The notes beneath the pieces were generated by a model that saw nothing but the letters and a program-made list of their open reading frames with translations, made no database searches and was not told where the DNA came from. The position numbers and the translations under genes were made by a program. From Mobula hypostoma (lineage: Eukaryota): a DNA stretch of 64,000 nt. The stretch spans positions 28,832,001-28,896,000 of the forward strand of contig NC_086108.1 of assembly GCF_963921235.1 (NCBI RefSeq), in the 5' to 3' direction. Positions 41,001 through 54,804 of the stretch are shown here, in pieces (the first letter of the stretch is position 1; each line of letters opens with the position of its first letter).

Positions 41001-41809
41001 GGTTCCCTTATGTCTTTTGAACAATTATCTAATAAATATAACTTATCAAGAATACATTTTTTTAGATATTTACAAGTTAGAAATTTCCTAAGTACTATAC
41101 TTTCTTCCTTTCCAATGCTTCCTCCTACATACATTTTGGATACTATAATCAACCTTAATCCATGTCAGAAAGGTGCATCGGCTATGATTTATAATATTAT
41201 TATGAAACTTAGGAAAGCTCCATTTGATAAGATTAGGGTAGATTGGGAACAGGAATTGGGGTTTACCATTTCCGCGGATGACTGGGGGCAGATTTTACAA
41301 TTAGTCAATACTTCCTCTACCTGTGCTAAACATTCCCTAATTCAATTTAAAGTTGTTCATAGAGCACATATGTCCAAAGATAAGTTAGCGCGCTTTTATT
41401 CTCATATTAATCCTTTTTGTGATAGATGTCCGGGGCAGATAGCCTCTTTAACTCATATGTTTTGGTCTTGCCCTACTTTGGAAACTTTTTGGAGAGACAT
41501 TTTTACCATTATCTCTAAGGTATTGAATATAGATATCTCTCCTCACCCTATTACTGCTATCTTTGGACTACCTAAAATTTCCAGTAATCTCTCCCCTTCA
41601 GCCCGTAGAATGATTGCATTTCTTACTTTAATGGCGAAAAGATGTATCTTACAACATTGGAAAGAGCTTAATGCTCCAACTACCTTTTTTTGGTTTTCTC
41701 AGACGATATTATGCTTGAATCTGGAGAAAATTAGAAGCAATCTTTATGACTCCTCATTTAAATTTGAACAGACAGGAGATCTTTCATTCAATATTTTCAT
41801 TTAATGTAA
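38033..41809 (+). pseudogene. L1 ORF2 (APE endonuclease, RT, Cys-rich end), disabled
   Basis: SWNTNG, LQET, NVYAPN, SRIDY, SDH; GPDG, LDAEKAFD, QGCPLSP, YADD; CDRC..HMFWSC. Stop at 39203-39205, frameshift in the T-run at about 40460-40468, probable 1-bp deletion at about 41774. Confidence 0.92.
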
Positions 41810-43794
41810 TATATACCCTTCTTGTTTTTTTTTACTGTTTTTAATGGAGGTCGGGATTGAGGACGTGATTTTAAGTTTAACTCTGTTTGGTTTCAAGTTA
41901 GCCCATTGCTTTGCTTTGCTTTTAGTTAGTTGCACGGTGGGTTTTTTTTGGGGGGTTTTTTTCCTTTTTCTCTATTGATATATATATAAAATTAGTATAC
42001 TATTATGTTACCTTGGTATGTTATGTTTAAATTACATTGTTTGTAGTATTTTTTTGTATTAATATCTTCTGTAATTTTATTATATTCTAACAGTGTACTA
42101 GTGTCTATATGGCTTACCTTTTTGTATACTTATTTAATAAAAAGATTTAAAAAGAAAGAAAGAAAAAAGCCGAAATAAAACAAGCTAATTAATTAGGTGC
42201 CACCCGGCACATAAATGTCGGCCCAGATCAGAGGTGATTGCCAAATGCGCCGCCTCCGATCTGGGCCAACATTTACATGCCGGGCAGCACCTATTTAACT
42301 AGCTTGTTTATTTTGGCTTTTTTCTTAAAGATGTGCGGGGTGCATCCTGGCCACCGCTGCACCCCTGCATGCTTCGTGGATCGGTATCGGTTCACGGCCT
42401 AGAGGGTGGGGACCACTGCACCACCCCAACCTCCGACGACTCAGCCTAACACACCATCATCAGTGTGCTCGGCGCTGTCTTCCCAATTCCAGTAAGTGAT
42501 ACTACACTGTAATACATTATTTCTACTTTATATAGGGTGTGTATTTTTATGTGTTATTTGGTATGATTTGGCAGCTTCATAGCTTAAAGTTTACTGGAGA
42601 GAGTGTTTCTGCCGAGAGCACTTGCGTGAGATTTTCACTACGGTGAACAGTTCGGCAATGATTGTAGAAAAGTATTTCTACTTTATATAGGCTGTGTATT
42701 TATCATATCATTTCTGCTTTTACTATATGTTACTGTTATTTTAGGTTTTATGTGTTACCTGGCATGATTTGGTAGGTTATTTTTTGGGTCTGTGAACGCT
42801 CACAAATTTTTCCCATATAAATAAATGGTAATTGGTTCTTCTGTTTACGACATTCCGGCTTACGAATCGTTTCATAGGAACGCTCTACCTTCGGATGGCG
42901 GGAGAAACCTGTATAATGATGACGATGATGATAGTCAACCAAAGCTAGGAAGGGAAATTGGGGCAAAAGCAGACAGCAAAGTTAGATCATAGACCTGACA
43001 AGACCTTAATGATTGGCAGAACTGATGGGGATTAATAGTCTTCCTTCCTGCTCCTTTGCACCTAGGTTTAAAGGTTGCAATATTAACAAATCAGTAAAAA
43101 AGCCAAAACTTTGATTTTAATTGAAGGTTTATTACATATGAAAAATACCATTTAATGAAGCATTGATGACAGTGGAAACAATTTGGCATCAATTTTATGG
43201 ATTTTCTAATCGCATTAGAAAGACTGATTTAAGGAAAAGTTAAAAGTTGGCACTTAGCAGTTGTAGTTCTGAAGGAATTCCTGTGTTTTAGTATTAAAAG
43301 TGATTGCCTATTATTCAAAGCTATCGAAGAAACTGTTTCTAGCTTCTCATCAAATCATGTGTCTGCAGATCAATACATCTTGTTTGTAAACTCGAAAAAT
43401 ATCCCTCATGATTAATTCATTGATATTATTGTGGGATTTGAACTTACAAATAAATTCATTAAATCTTCAAAGTATATAACTAAATTAGTTTCCGGGGGGG
43501 GGGGGGCGGGTGACAATATCAATAGAAAAGGATCCATCTTATGAAAATAAATGACAATATTGCTGATTGACAAGCATCAGTTGCCCTATTGTGGATGTGT
43601 TACAAGTTTGGTTCAATCACGGACAGGTAGATTAAAAGGTCAATTTAGGTTTCTTTGTCCTGACTGATGTAAGTAGTGCATGAAACATGGTAAACCTGGC
43701 ACTGAGCGAACTACAGAAGGTTGTTGGAGGAGCTTTTGTTCTACTTGACTGGAATGCTCTTGTACTGCTTTATACTTATTATTCCTCGTAAATG

Positions 43795-44060
43795 CAGCAA
43801 GGTAGCATAGGGTGGCTAGCACAACGCTTTACAGTATAGGTGACCCTGGTTCAGTTCCTGCCGCAGACTGTAAGGAGTTTTTACCTTCTTCCTGGGTCTG
43901 AATGTGTTTCCTCTGGGTGTTCCAGTTTCCTCCCACTGTCCTCAGATGTACCAGTTGGGAGGTTAATTGGTCATTGTAAATTGTCCCATGATTAGGCTAG
44001 GATTAAATCAGACTATTGCTGGGCAGCGTGGCTCAAAGGGGTACCTCAATAAAATAAAAT
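43795..44060 (+). mobile_element. HE1/V-SINE-like SINE
   Basis: ggttcagttcc B-box-like; ctgtaaggagt; tttcctcccactgtcc. Confidence 0.65.
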
Positions 44061-44084
44061 CTTCTTCTGAACTATGTAGAATTA

Positions 44085-44994
44085 AAGCAACATACATCAA
44101 AGTTGCTGGTGAACGCAGCAGGCCAAGCAGCATCTATAGGAAGAGGCGCAGTCGACGTTTCAGGCCGAGACCCTTCGTCAGGACTAACTGAAGGAAGAGT
44201 GAGTAAGGGCTTTGAAAGCTGGAGGGGGAGGGGGAGATGCAAAATGATAGGAGAAGACAGGAGGGGGAGGGATAGAGCCGAGAGCTGGACAGGTGATTGG
44301 CAAAAGGGGATACGAGAGGATCATGGGACAGGAGGTCCGGGAAGAAAGACAAGGTGGGGGGGGGGGGTGACCCAGAGGATGGGCAAAAGGTATATTCAGA
44401 GGGACAGAGGGAGAAAAAGGAGAGTGAGAGAAAGAATGTGTGCATAAAAATGAGTAACAGATGGGGTACGAGGGGGAGGTGGGGCCTTAGCGGAAGTTAG
44501 AGAAGTCGATGTTCATGCCATCAGGTTGGAGGCTACCCAGACGGAATATAAGGTGTTGTTCCTCCAACCTGAGTGTGGCTTCATCTTTATAGTAGAGGAG
44601 GCCGTGGATAGACATGTCAGAATGGGAATGGGATGTGGAATTAAAATGTGTGGCCACTGGGAGATCCTGCTTTCTCTGGCGGACAGAGCGTAGATGTTCA
44701 GCAAAGCGGTCTCCCAGTCTGCGTCGGGTCTCACCAATATATAAAAGGCCACATCGGGAGCACCGGACGCAGTATATCACCCCAGTCGACTCACAGGTGA
44801 AGTGATGCCTCACCTGGAAGGACTGTTTGGGGCCCTGAATGGTGGTAAGGGAGGAAGTGTAAGGGCATGTGTAGCACTTGTTCCGCTTACACGGATAAGT
44901 GCCAGGAGGGAGATCAGTGGGGAGGGATACACTTACACTTCCTCCCTTACCACCATTCAGGGCCCCAAACAGTCCTTCCAGGTGAGGCATCACT
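44085..44994 (-). mobile_element. 5'-truncated Neptune-type PLE (GIY-YIG domain plus 3' end) with a terminal inversion
   Basis: Open frame GVIYCVRCSRCGLLYIGETRRRLGDRFAEH...NIDFSNFR*; about 44932-44994 is the reverse complement of 44801-44863. Confidence 0.88.
44150..44185 (-). ncRNA. Minimal type I hammerhead ribozyme motif, intact core
   Basis: Minus strand AGUC-CUGACGA-AGG(GUCUCGG)CCU-GAAAC-GUC-GACU. Confidence 0.7.
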
Positions 44995-47319
44995 CCTACT
45001 CTAGGTGAATGACAGAGCAATACAGCAGATGGGAGTTTAGAGTTGATGGACATGCAGAAAAGAATAGTTAATCTGAAATAAGACTGATGGAAACCTCTGC
45101 CACAATATACAGCATTCTGAAGCAATATTTTCACCCTTCAGTGCAAACTGTTCTTCCACTATTTTATTTGGGTTTTTTTTTTTGCTTCTTTGCAAATACT
45201 ATGAACTCAGCTCTCCAGTCTCTAAATTCAGCTCCTTTGAATAGACGACGATTCAAGCCCGAACCACACTGTTCACACCTGTGGTATCCCACCTGTTTCT
45301 ACCTGCTCTGTACCAAAACCACCACCTTCCGATTTACGAATAACACCCATCTCTACAGTAAGCACATTACACCAGTTGCCAAATTCAAGCTCAGAAATTA
45401 ACATAAGTTGTTACTTAATGCTTTCTTGGCCAGCCATCTACCTTCTACCCTCCATAAATACTTGGTCAAATCTCTGCTGCCCACATTTCAACTTGTTCAT
45501 TCATTATGCCCAGACTCACAAATATATTAAAGTGTTCTAATCCAGAGCTAATTTCAACATACCCATGCTCACATTCCTTTTCTACCTCTTACTGTGTAAC
45601 CTTGTCTGGATTTACAAAACATCCCTTCACTCTGCACATTTCTAATTCTGCAATCTTTAACATCTCAGCTTTGATTTGAAACGTCAACTGAAGTCATGAC
45701 TTCAGCTAAATTGATCCCAATTTACACAGGTTCCTACCTAACCCTCTCACCTCTCCCGCCTGGCTTCAAATCACACCTTTCAATCAAGCTCTTTAACTAA
45801 GCTTTCAACTTTATCTTATACTTTACACAGTGTCAAATTCTGTATGGTAACCTTCAAAAGAAAGGTGTTTGATAAATGCAAGTGGTCAAAGCTATAAATA
45901 AATGTATTAGTTTTAGCTGAGAGGTTATAAACAGAATATGTCTGGCTTTGCAGAGTGCCCTTCGTGGTTTATATTGTGGAGGACAGTTGCCATGTCACAA
46001 ATGTGGTGTGCGGTGTTCTGTCCAATTCCGTTTGATTAAAGGAGGCATAGTTTCCTTTGAATAAAAGAAATTTTGGAGAAAGCCCTCAAATGAACTTGAC
46101 AAGAATTTGGCAACCCAACTATTCAAAAACAGAGTTTGAAAATATGAGCAAGAATTAACATGTCAATTCAACAGCAACTTTTATAACTCTGCCATTACAT
46201 AAACCTCCAAAGCAAAGCTGCAAAAACTGTTAAGTAGCTGATCAAATCAATGTGTTGGAAAGATGGGTTTTAAGCAGCATATCAGAGGAAAGCACCAAAC
46301 ACACAGTGAGGTGGCAGCGTATTCAGACGCAGCACCCTCTCTGGGGCCAACCAAAGATGTTTTTATCTTTTATAAACATTTTTTTTTCACAATTACAAGA
46401 CACTGATGGACATTAAGAACTTCAAGTACTGCAAATCTACCCCATCATTGAGCTGCTGTTTAGTGGAGGAGCAGGACTTAGTGCAGACCGTGTTGCTACC
46501 TGCTACAGAAAGGCATCAGCAAAGGCAGTGTGCAGTCCAACAAGTGGTTGTTTTGGACATTTTCCCTATGATCACAAGACCCTATTGGACATTGGTAAGG
46601 TAGAATACTGCACACCTGGTTCACTTGTTTATAGGAGAGACAGGCAGCAGGGGAGATGCGTGGCCTCGGTTGTAGCACAGACTAGACCTCATGCAGCAGT
46701 TGCAGCTGCTCAGGAGGGGAGATGCTGGACACCACGTAGCACAGCATCTATGCTGGATTGGGGACAGGCCCCTCCCATCTTTGCCACTCTCCAGTGTTCA
46801 CTCGGTGGACAACAAGCTTGCGTGGGTTTGTCTGCAGACTTCTGAGAGCTCGTCTTGCCGATAACATCCACGCACCATCAATTCATATAATATATCACTC
46901 AGAGACTCAGAAACTTGAGACCATATGTTTACTACTATCTTTTATGCTGTGTACAACTGCTGGTACTGTGCTTTGCACCTTGGTCCCGGACTAACACTGG
47001 CTGTATTCATGGATTTTCACATATGATAATTAAACTTGAACATGAAAGAAGAGTATTCAGGGAGGACATTGCAGATCTCAGTCGCCGAAGTGATGACTGC
47101 CAAGGCTGAAGCAATGAAACTATTTTCAGCAGCATGAGTTGATTTAGGACACATTCTTCCAATGACTCACACAGAAAACAATGCAAAACCAAACGTATTG
47201 ACTTGGGTAATGCAGTTGAGCAGTGGTGTGTGGTAGAGGATTAAACAAGGGTGGTTGAATAGTTTTTTCAATTTCTTTATGTTGAGACACAAAAGTAACC
47301 TTGCCTGCTCAGGTTTCCA

Positions 47320-47700
47320 CTTAATTACCTACTTGCCCACTATGCCACTAGCTTTTAGGACAGCAATAAAGGGTCTCCATCTCCTGTCTGTGCCCCTGGC
47401 CATCTTCTCTTTTGTGCCCCAGATATGGTTCACGGCCCTCAAGTCACACACAGATATGAGAAGGATTCTTCATGCTGTTTCCATGACAACCCTGACTAGT
47501 CAAGAAAAAATTGTTAGCCCTAAGCTGAACCCCTGAACCTGGAGGACCGGTGGACAACTCTTAGTCTGACCTCTACCCTTTGACCTGTTTGGCATGGGTG
47601 ACCGTACCAAGAGCATAACTCCAGCCAACATAGCTCTCCGGGTCATTGAGGCACACAAGCCTCCAAACTCTACGACAAGGTTGTGATCCTTTTGGAGGAC
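47320..47700 (-). mobile_element. Bipartite RTE-derived non-autonomous element (5' UTR joined to 3' end)
   Basis: Minus-strand head ggatcacaaccttgtcgt..ggcttgtgtgcctcaatga resembles the recalled RTE/BovB 5' UTR; tail resembles an RTE ORF end. Confidence 0.55.
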
Positions 47701-49479
47701 GTTTACACTTAGCAATCCAATGATGGCATTACCTAGCTCACAGTGTTTTTATAACTAAATTGTCATTTGTGATTTTAAAAACAAAAATTGGCCTGTCTTA
47801 ACATAGCAGTGCATTTCAGCACAGAAATCACATGGACACAGCGATCTGATTGAACTTGACCAAAGTTATTTTGCAAAACTTTAGATGCCTGGAAAGCATA
47901 CAAATTCATTGTGATAACATTACCAGATGCTGACAGAAGTGGCGTGTGTTGGGGGGAGGGCCAGTGAGTGGGTGGTGGCTGAGGAAGAGTAAAGAATGCA
48001 AAAGGAAAACAAAGTAAAGCAAAACAATTTGGGTTTGCATGTCGAGGCCTGAATATTTCCCAGTTGCAAACAAACTTACAAGCCTAGAATTTGAACTGAA
48101 TAGTTAAATCATTCCTATGCAAAGAAACATCCAGAAAGTTATTACCTAATTTTCATAAGTAGATTTATTTGAAATGAGTTTAAGTGCCTTGGGAAGGACT
48201 AGAAAATTGCTGAGAATATAAGCCATGCAGCCTCCCTCTCTAGGAATTAGTGTCAAGAATATCACAGTTCAGTTGAAATGAAGGCAAATTTTAATCATTA
48301 AATTTGTTTCCATTTGGCTAGCTGTGGACACAAAAATCATATGTCAGGACATTTAATAAAAGTATTTAGAAAATAAAAAATCTATTTTGCAGCTTCCTTA
48401 AATCTGAAGGGGAAAAAAAACACTGCTGTGCTTTACCCAGATGACTGAACCATCTGGAAAATCCTTGGGCATCAATTGAAATAATGAAACATGACATGTA
48501 CATTGGAAATTGACAAAAACAAGCTGAGCAACTCAAGCTGCAAAAGACAGAAGGAGCCTATTTAAAAGTATTTCTGTATTTCTAACTGCTCTTCACTTTA
48601 GCTATTCCAGAGACAACAAAGAAGCAATTTTATTACAGCAAGTGCACTCACTGACTGGCCACTGAAAGATATCATTAGCATAACCATAATAAGTATAAAT
48701 GATTCACTTACTATTTACTTCAAACACCCCAACACAATGCACAATGCAGGAAGAGGGTCAAAACTAATGGTGGCCAGCAATGGACTCTGGTCTGTTCATG
48801 TGTTTATGAATAGCAATGGCAAAAATGAGAGAAATCAACTTAGCCAAATCTCTACTGTTCTGCACCCAAAAGTACCAAATTTCAAGGTTGGAACGGGCCA
48901 CAGCATAATTCATGATCTATTGAGATGAAGAACCAGATTCATCAGGCACAAAGACACCCTTCAGCCCATCACAACCAAGCCAACCATCAAATACTTATCT
49001 TCCCTAATCCTATTTACCAGCTCCTAACCAATAGTGATTCAACTACTTGCCTAATGGCTTCATGCTCTGAAGCAGCACAGCTTGAAACTCTCCAGTCTGG
49101 CACCTTTGGAGTGTGACTCATTTCAGACCACAGAAATTTAGCCCTGATCAACTTCCTTGAGCAGCATTGTCTTTAAGCACAGATATGCCTGGGGTCGGGC
49201 ATGGTTTCCAAAAACCTGTTGGAAGCCCAAGTTTCCCTAAATTAGAAACATCAATTACTGAGATTGCAGAAGTGCCCTCATACATTACTTAGCTACAAAG
49301 GACTACAGATCTCAGTTAGAATTAATCAGTATAGACCTATACTACAGATTCAAAATATGATGGCCCATGGGATTTTGACAGACCACGCAATGTTGGACTG
49401 AAATGTCTTCACCTGTCTCCATCATCCACTCAAACAGTGCATTTCAGACTGCAACAACCTTTTGATTATAAAATTATTC

Positions 49480-50595
49480 ATCAGAATCAGAACCAGGTTT
49501 ATTATCACCGGCATGCGACGTGAAATTTGTTAACTTTGCAGCAGCAGTTCAAAGCAATAAACAATACAGAAGAGAAAAAAAAATAAAATAATAACAAGTA
49601 AATCAATTACAATATATATATATATTGAATAGATTACAAAATGTGCAACATCAGAAATACTATATGTTTTTTAAAAAGTGAGGTAGTGTCCAAGGGTTCA
49701 ATGTCCATTTAGGAATTGGATGGCAGAGAGGAAGAAGCTGTCCCTGAATCGCTGAGTGTGTCTGAGGCTTCTGTACCTCCTTCCTGATGGTAACAGTGAG
49801 AAAAGGGCATGTCCTGGATGCTGGAGGTTCTTAATTATGGACGCTGCCTTTTTGAGATACCGCTCCCTGAAGATATCCTGGGTATTTTGTAGGCTAGTAC
49901 CCAAGATGGAGCTGCCTAGATTTATAACACTGCAGCTTCTTTCGGTCCTGTGCAGTAATGCTCTCCATAGTACAACTATAGAAGTTTTTGAGTGTATTTG
50001 TTGACGTGCCAAATCTCTTCAAACTCCTAATGAAGTATAGCCGCTGTCTTGCCTTCTTTATAACTACATCGATATGTTGGGACCAGGTTAGATCCTCAGA
50101 GATCTTGACACCCAGGAACTTGAAACCGCTCACTCTCTCCACTTCTGATCCCTCTGAGGATTGGTATGTGTTACTTCGTCTTACCCTTCCTGAAGTCCAC
50201 GATCAGCTCTTTTGTCTTACTGATATTGAGTGCCAGGTTGTTGCTGTGGCATATCCCACCAGTTGGCATATCCCACTCCTGTACACCCTCTCGTCACCAC
50301 CTGAGATTCTACCAACGTTTTTGTATCGTCAGTAAATTTATAGATGGTATTTGAGCTGTGCCTAGCCACACAGTCATGTGTATATACAGATTAGAGCAGT
50401 GGGCTAAGCAAACACCCCTGAGGTGCGCCAGTGTTGATCGCAGGCAAGGAGGATATGTTATCACCAATCCACAGATCATGGTCTTCCGGTTAGGAACTCA
50501 AGGATCCAATTGCAGAGGGAGCTACAGAGGCCCAGATTCTGCAACTTCTCAATCAGGATTGTGGGAATGATGGTATTAAATGCTGAGCTATAGTC
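49480..50595 (-). mobile_element. Rex1/Babar-like LINE fragment
   Basis: ERVSGFKFLGVKISEDLTWS, KKARQRLYFIRSL, HPGHALFSLLPSGRRYRSL. Confidence 0.85.
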
Positions 50596-50964
50596 CCCTC
50601 TAAATTTAGATTCTCTCTAAATCTCTGTCCCTTTAACTTAAAATATCTCTAATTATAGACACCAAAAAGTATCCAACTGCAACCCTGTTTCTTCTTTCTA
50701 GCAACAGATCTCACTTGCTAATAATAAAAATGCAATGGCTGAGCTAATTGGTCTCGATGTCACCAATACTATAAATGGATAGCAATACTTTACCACAATG
50801 ATACCACACTCAAAATGCCTGGAAGCTACATTCCTCAGTACCTTAATGGTCACCATCTCACTCAATTCAGCAGGGATCCCTTAACTAGCAGTTACCTGTT
50901 GAAATAAATATTTTTAAAAATATATATATCTTTCATGTCTTACATCTCTCTCTCTTTCTCACGG

Positions 50965-51447
50965 CTAAGACTTTTGCACAGTACTATAGTAATTTTATGT
51001 ATTGCACTGTCCTGCTGCTGCTGCTAAAAGAAATCATGATACGTGAGTGATAACAAGCATCATTCTGATAAGGGTCTCTATCGTGGACTGAGAGTGGGAA
51101 GCGGGTAGGGAGAGGGGAATCATGGTTGGGTAGAGGAGAAGAGAGAGCGGAGGGAGCGGGAAGCACCAGAGGGACATTGCATAATGATCAATAAACCAAT
51201 TGTTTGGAATCAAATGACCTTCCCTGGTGTCTCAGAGCTGGGTGTGTCTGCACCTGGCCTTAGTACTCCTTCTCTGTTACTTGCCCCACACCCCTCCCAT
51301 GGCACTCCACCTTGCCATTCACAACATCCTTTGCTCCCACCAGATTTACAAACTCACTCACTGCTTCGCATTGACAAATACAGAAAAGTGCAGAAGTCTC
51401 AGGCACCCTAGCCACATATATGTACTTAAGACCTTTGCACAGTATTA
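50965..51447 (-). mobile_element. Second copy of the composite Tc1-type element
   Basis: Reverse-complement match to 21895-22414; complete MITE unit at about 51381-51447. Confidence 0.7.
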
Positions 51448-52671
51448 CATGTGGGTGTGTAATCATCCTGCACTTTGAAAGAGCGCAATACACTATGCTG
51501 AGGCAGATGTTTCAAAATGGAAAACAAACAGCTGGGGTGCAATAATCAGTAATCAGAATATAAAGTACCATTGGGTAACAACACGCAATAAAAGCAAATC
51601 AGAAAATCATTGCATTTGGCAAGCAACTTGAAATTGTATTGCACTCGGGAACATTTTAACATGTTATGATGCACTGATATTTATAAAGTGTTGAATTCCT
51701 TGTTCAAGGCTTGTTACCAGACATTTAAATTTGGTATTATTCCTTCTTTGTGAAGAACAGATTTCACTGATAACACACCTTAATCATAGGAAGTGGTTTA
51801 TAAAGCCAGCATACCCTCCACTTTGGAGAACTCATGCAGCTTAGTGTGTACTTTGCAAAACATGTCGATTCAGTATTCATGGGTGATCCTGAGCCTCCGG
51901 TTGCCTATCACCTTAATTCTACCCCTCTGGATCACTGAAATGGTGAGAGGTCAAAGGTAACCCCGAGGAGCTACACCTCATCTTTTGGTGATACACTATA
52001 GTGCTCGGGACTCAACATGGAATTCAGCAAGTTCCAATAACCAGCCTTTTGAAGAATTGAGGGAGGGGAAATCTCACTGAAAATCTACCAAATACCAAAA
52101 GGCCTGGATACAGCAGATGTGGAGATTCAAAGGTCCATGGGCACAGCCAAAGAATAAAGACAGATGTTGCCTTTGGAACTGAGGTGAGCAGGAACTTCTT
52201 CAACCAGAGAGTGGTGAATTTGAAATTTGCTCTAATAGAGGGCTATGGTAGCCAAATCACTAAGTGTATCGTAAGGCAGAGATTGATGGGTTCCTGACTT
52301 GTAAGTAAGTGAAGGGTTATGGAGAAAGTGCAGGTGAATGTTAGTGTTAACACAAATGTCAAATGTACAGGTCATTAATGCATGCATTAAATAATAGCCT
52401 CTCATTTTATAAAGAAAAATAATATAAGATGCTTTTTGATAAAACATCCCTTACAATACCCGAGTAAAACTTAAAAGGATATGAAATAGTGAACTGCTTC
52501 ATTCACTGAGCATCCCTGTCAAAGCTCACCCTATTCACTACTGGGGGAAATGAGTCAAATCCTCCTTTACAAAGTAGGGCAAGAAACACTCAAGGCTGAG
52601 CTCCAACCTCAATTCATTGTCAGGGACAGTTATTTTCAGCTCACAACTCCTCAACAGCACTGAATGTCTGC

Positions 52672-52960
52672 ATAACACACACAAAATGCTGGAGGAACTC
52701 AGCAGGCCAGGCAGCATCTATGGAAAAAAAAATGTACAGTTGATGTTTTGGGCCGAAACCATTTAGCAGTACTGGAGGGAAAAAAGCTGAGAAGTAGATT
52801 TGAAAGGTAGGGGGAGGGGACAGAGAATTGCCAGGAGATAGGTTAAACTTGGAGGGGAAGGGATGAAGCAAAGAGCTAGAAAGTTGATTGGTGAAGGAGA
52901 TAGAAGGCCATGGAAGAATGTAAAAAAGGGGGTGGGAGGAGCACCAGAGGGAGGCGATGA
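52672..52960 (-). mobile_element. Older PLE 3' fragment
   Basis: acacaaaatgctggaggaactcagcaggccaggcagcatctatgg; decayed hammerhead. Confidence 0.65.
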
Positions 52961-54804
52961 CATTGAATGTCTGGCTGCTGAGCTAGGCAAAAACCTTTCC
53001 CAATCCCAATGGGTGGAAGGGTTATGGGGAGTGCAATGACACTAAAAGATTGTGGACATATGCAGACCCAACAACATCTGGACAAGTCTGCATGGTTTTC
53101 TAAGAACAGGGAAATTTAAGGCTCAGTGCACGACCGACTTTCAAAAAGATACTGAAAAGGCTGAAGCCACCATTTTTTACAGCTGCCAAATCTGTTTACG
53201 AACTGCCAATCTCAATCTGTCCTGTGGCTAAGGTAAAAGAGTTCACAACCTCAGCACCCTCTTTTGTCCTGAATTGTGCTTCTGATGCCTTATCTACTTC
53301 ACTGCTAGTATCACTTGGTGCCACACTAAAACCATAGGTATACATTGAACCTCATCTACATTCCAATACCAACTACATCAGCCTCTAAGAATGCCTCAAA
53401 CTCACCCTCATCCATGTCTTTACCACTTCCTGCCTCAATTCCTCTAATGCCCTTTTAGCAAACCATGCACACCCTCCAAATGCAAGCTCATCACAAACTC
53501 GACCACACCAAATCTTATTCATTCATCAGCACTGTAGCAAATTAACCTGTGTGGGCTCCGCCTTCAGCAACACCCAGATTTTAACGTTCTCATCTATGTT
53601 TGCATACCCCTCTAAGCCCTCAGATCTCCCAGAATAACCTACAACTCCTTTATCTCTGCAATCCTCCAATTTCAGCCTCTTGCACATCAGTTCTCAAATG
53701 TTGGTTATGATTACAGAAGGAAAAAAAAAATCAGCAAATGACAATATTTTAACGTGCTTATTTTATAAAGGACCCTGATGACAGAATGAGTGTGGGGAAA
53801 ATTAAACTCAACTGGATGCTTCACAGTCTATCAGAAATCCTTTTTGATCTTAGCTTTTCAACATTAACAATACCGTCAGCTATGGGACTGAAAGCATTTA
53901 CAAGAACCCCAAACTGTTTCAGCAGCACACAAACCAGCAGAATATTTTGGGAATTTATTAACTCAAGGTACCAAATATGAATTTAACTTGCACACATACA
54001 ACGTATCAGCATCAAAGGACTAATTACAGTCCACTTCAATTTAAAACAGTGAACAATGCTGTCTGACCTGCGGAGTTGCTCCAGCATCTTGTGTGTGTTA
54101 CAGTGAACAATCATGCCTATTTTCTCCTCCATCCAGATTTTCTATTTGTACTGCCTACCTTCTGCAAGGTAGAGGTCAGAACAGTGGGTCAGATCCTATA
54201 ACATCAGGTAAATGCACTGAGCTTGTTTAATGGCTGATTTATAACTTCAATGCATCTTTGAAACAGTTACTTGTCATTGTTAATTATTTCACCCACTCAT
54301 TTGATTTAGTTTGTAGCAGTTCCTCTATCTCATTGATTACTTGGGTTTAAGATGCATTGTGGACAAACATTTAATTTCAACCAGTGTTCAGGAACCGAGT
54401 TTTCCTTTAAAATGGAAATTTTACAATGGTCAAAAACTGCTCATATGAGATATTTATAAAATGAGTTATAATACTTTCAACACAGCTCATAGTTCTTCCA
54501 GTTCCATATCATGTCCATATCATGTTCTTCTAGCAAGAACCAACAATTAAGCTATTTACTCTTCTGTTGCGTGTCTAACTTTATAATGCTTGGCCTACAC
54601 AATAAAAAAGCAACTTTGAAGCTTTCCAGAGTTTGCGCAGGTCAAAGAGCTAATAAAAATGTGCCAAATAGGTACACATTATTTACATCTTCTCTTCAAC
54701 CTCTTCCAGAACAACACTCTTGGCTTTCTTCCTTCTTTCTTAGGCAGATCCTCAGGAATAATGACTTGCTTGTTTTATAGATTTGGAGATGGGTAATGAG
54801 GCCA

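Larger units (their letters stand above)
36261..42159 (+). mobile_element. Full-length L1 retrotransposon (about 5.9 kb)
   Basis: TSD aagaaaaaagccga at 36247-36260 and 42160-42173; target ttt/aaga; 5' GGGGACTTCCGG; ORF1, spacer of about 0.7 kb, ORF2; AATAAA at 42136 and (aaag)n tail. Confidence 0.95.
35333..42911 (+). mobile_element. Internally deleted Tigger/pogo element split by the L1
   Basis: Imperfect TIRs CAGATGTCCTTCGC / CAGGTTTCTCCCGC, TA flanks; ORF 35710-36222 (EDDVEEVLASHDQELIDEELMQLEEE...KQSSILSFF) resembles a Tigger transposase C-terminus. Confidence 0.8.
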
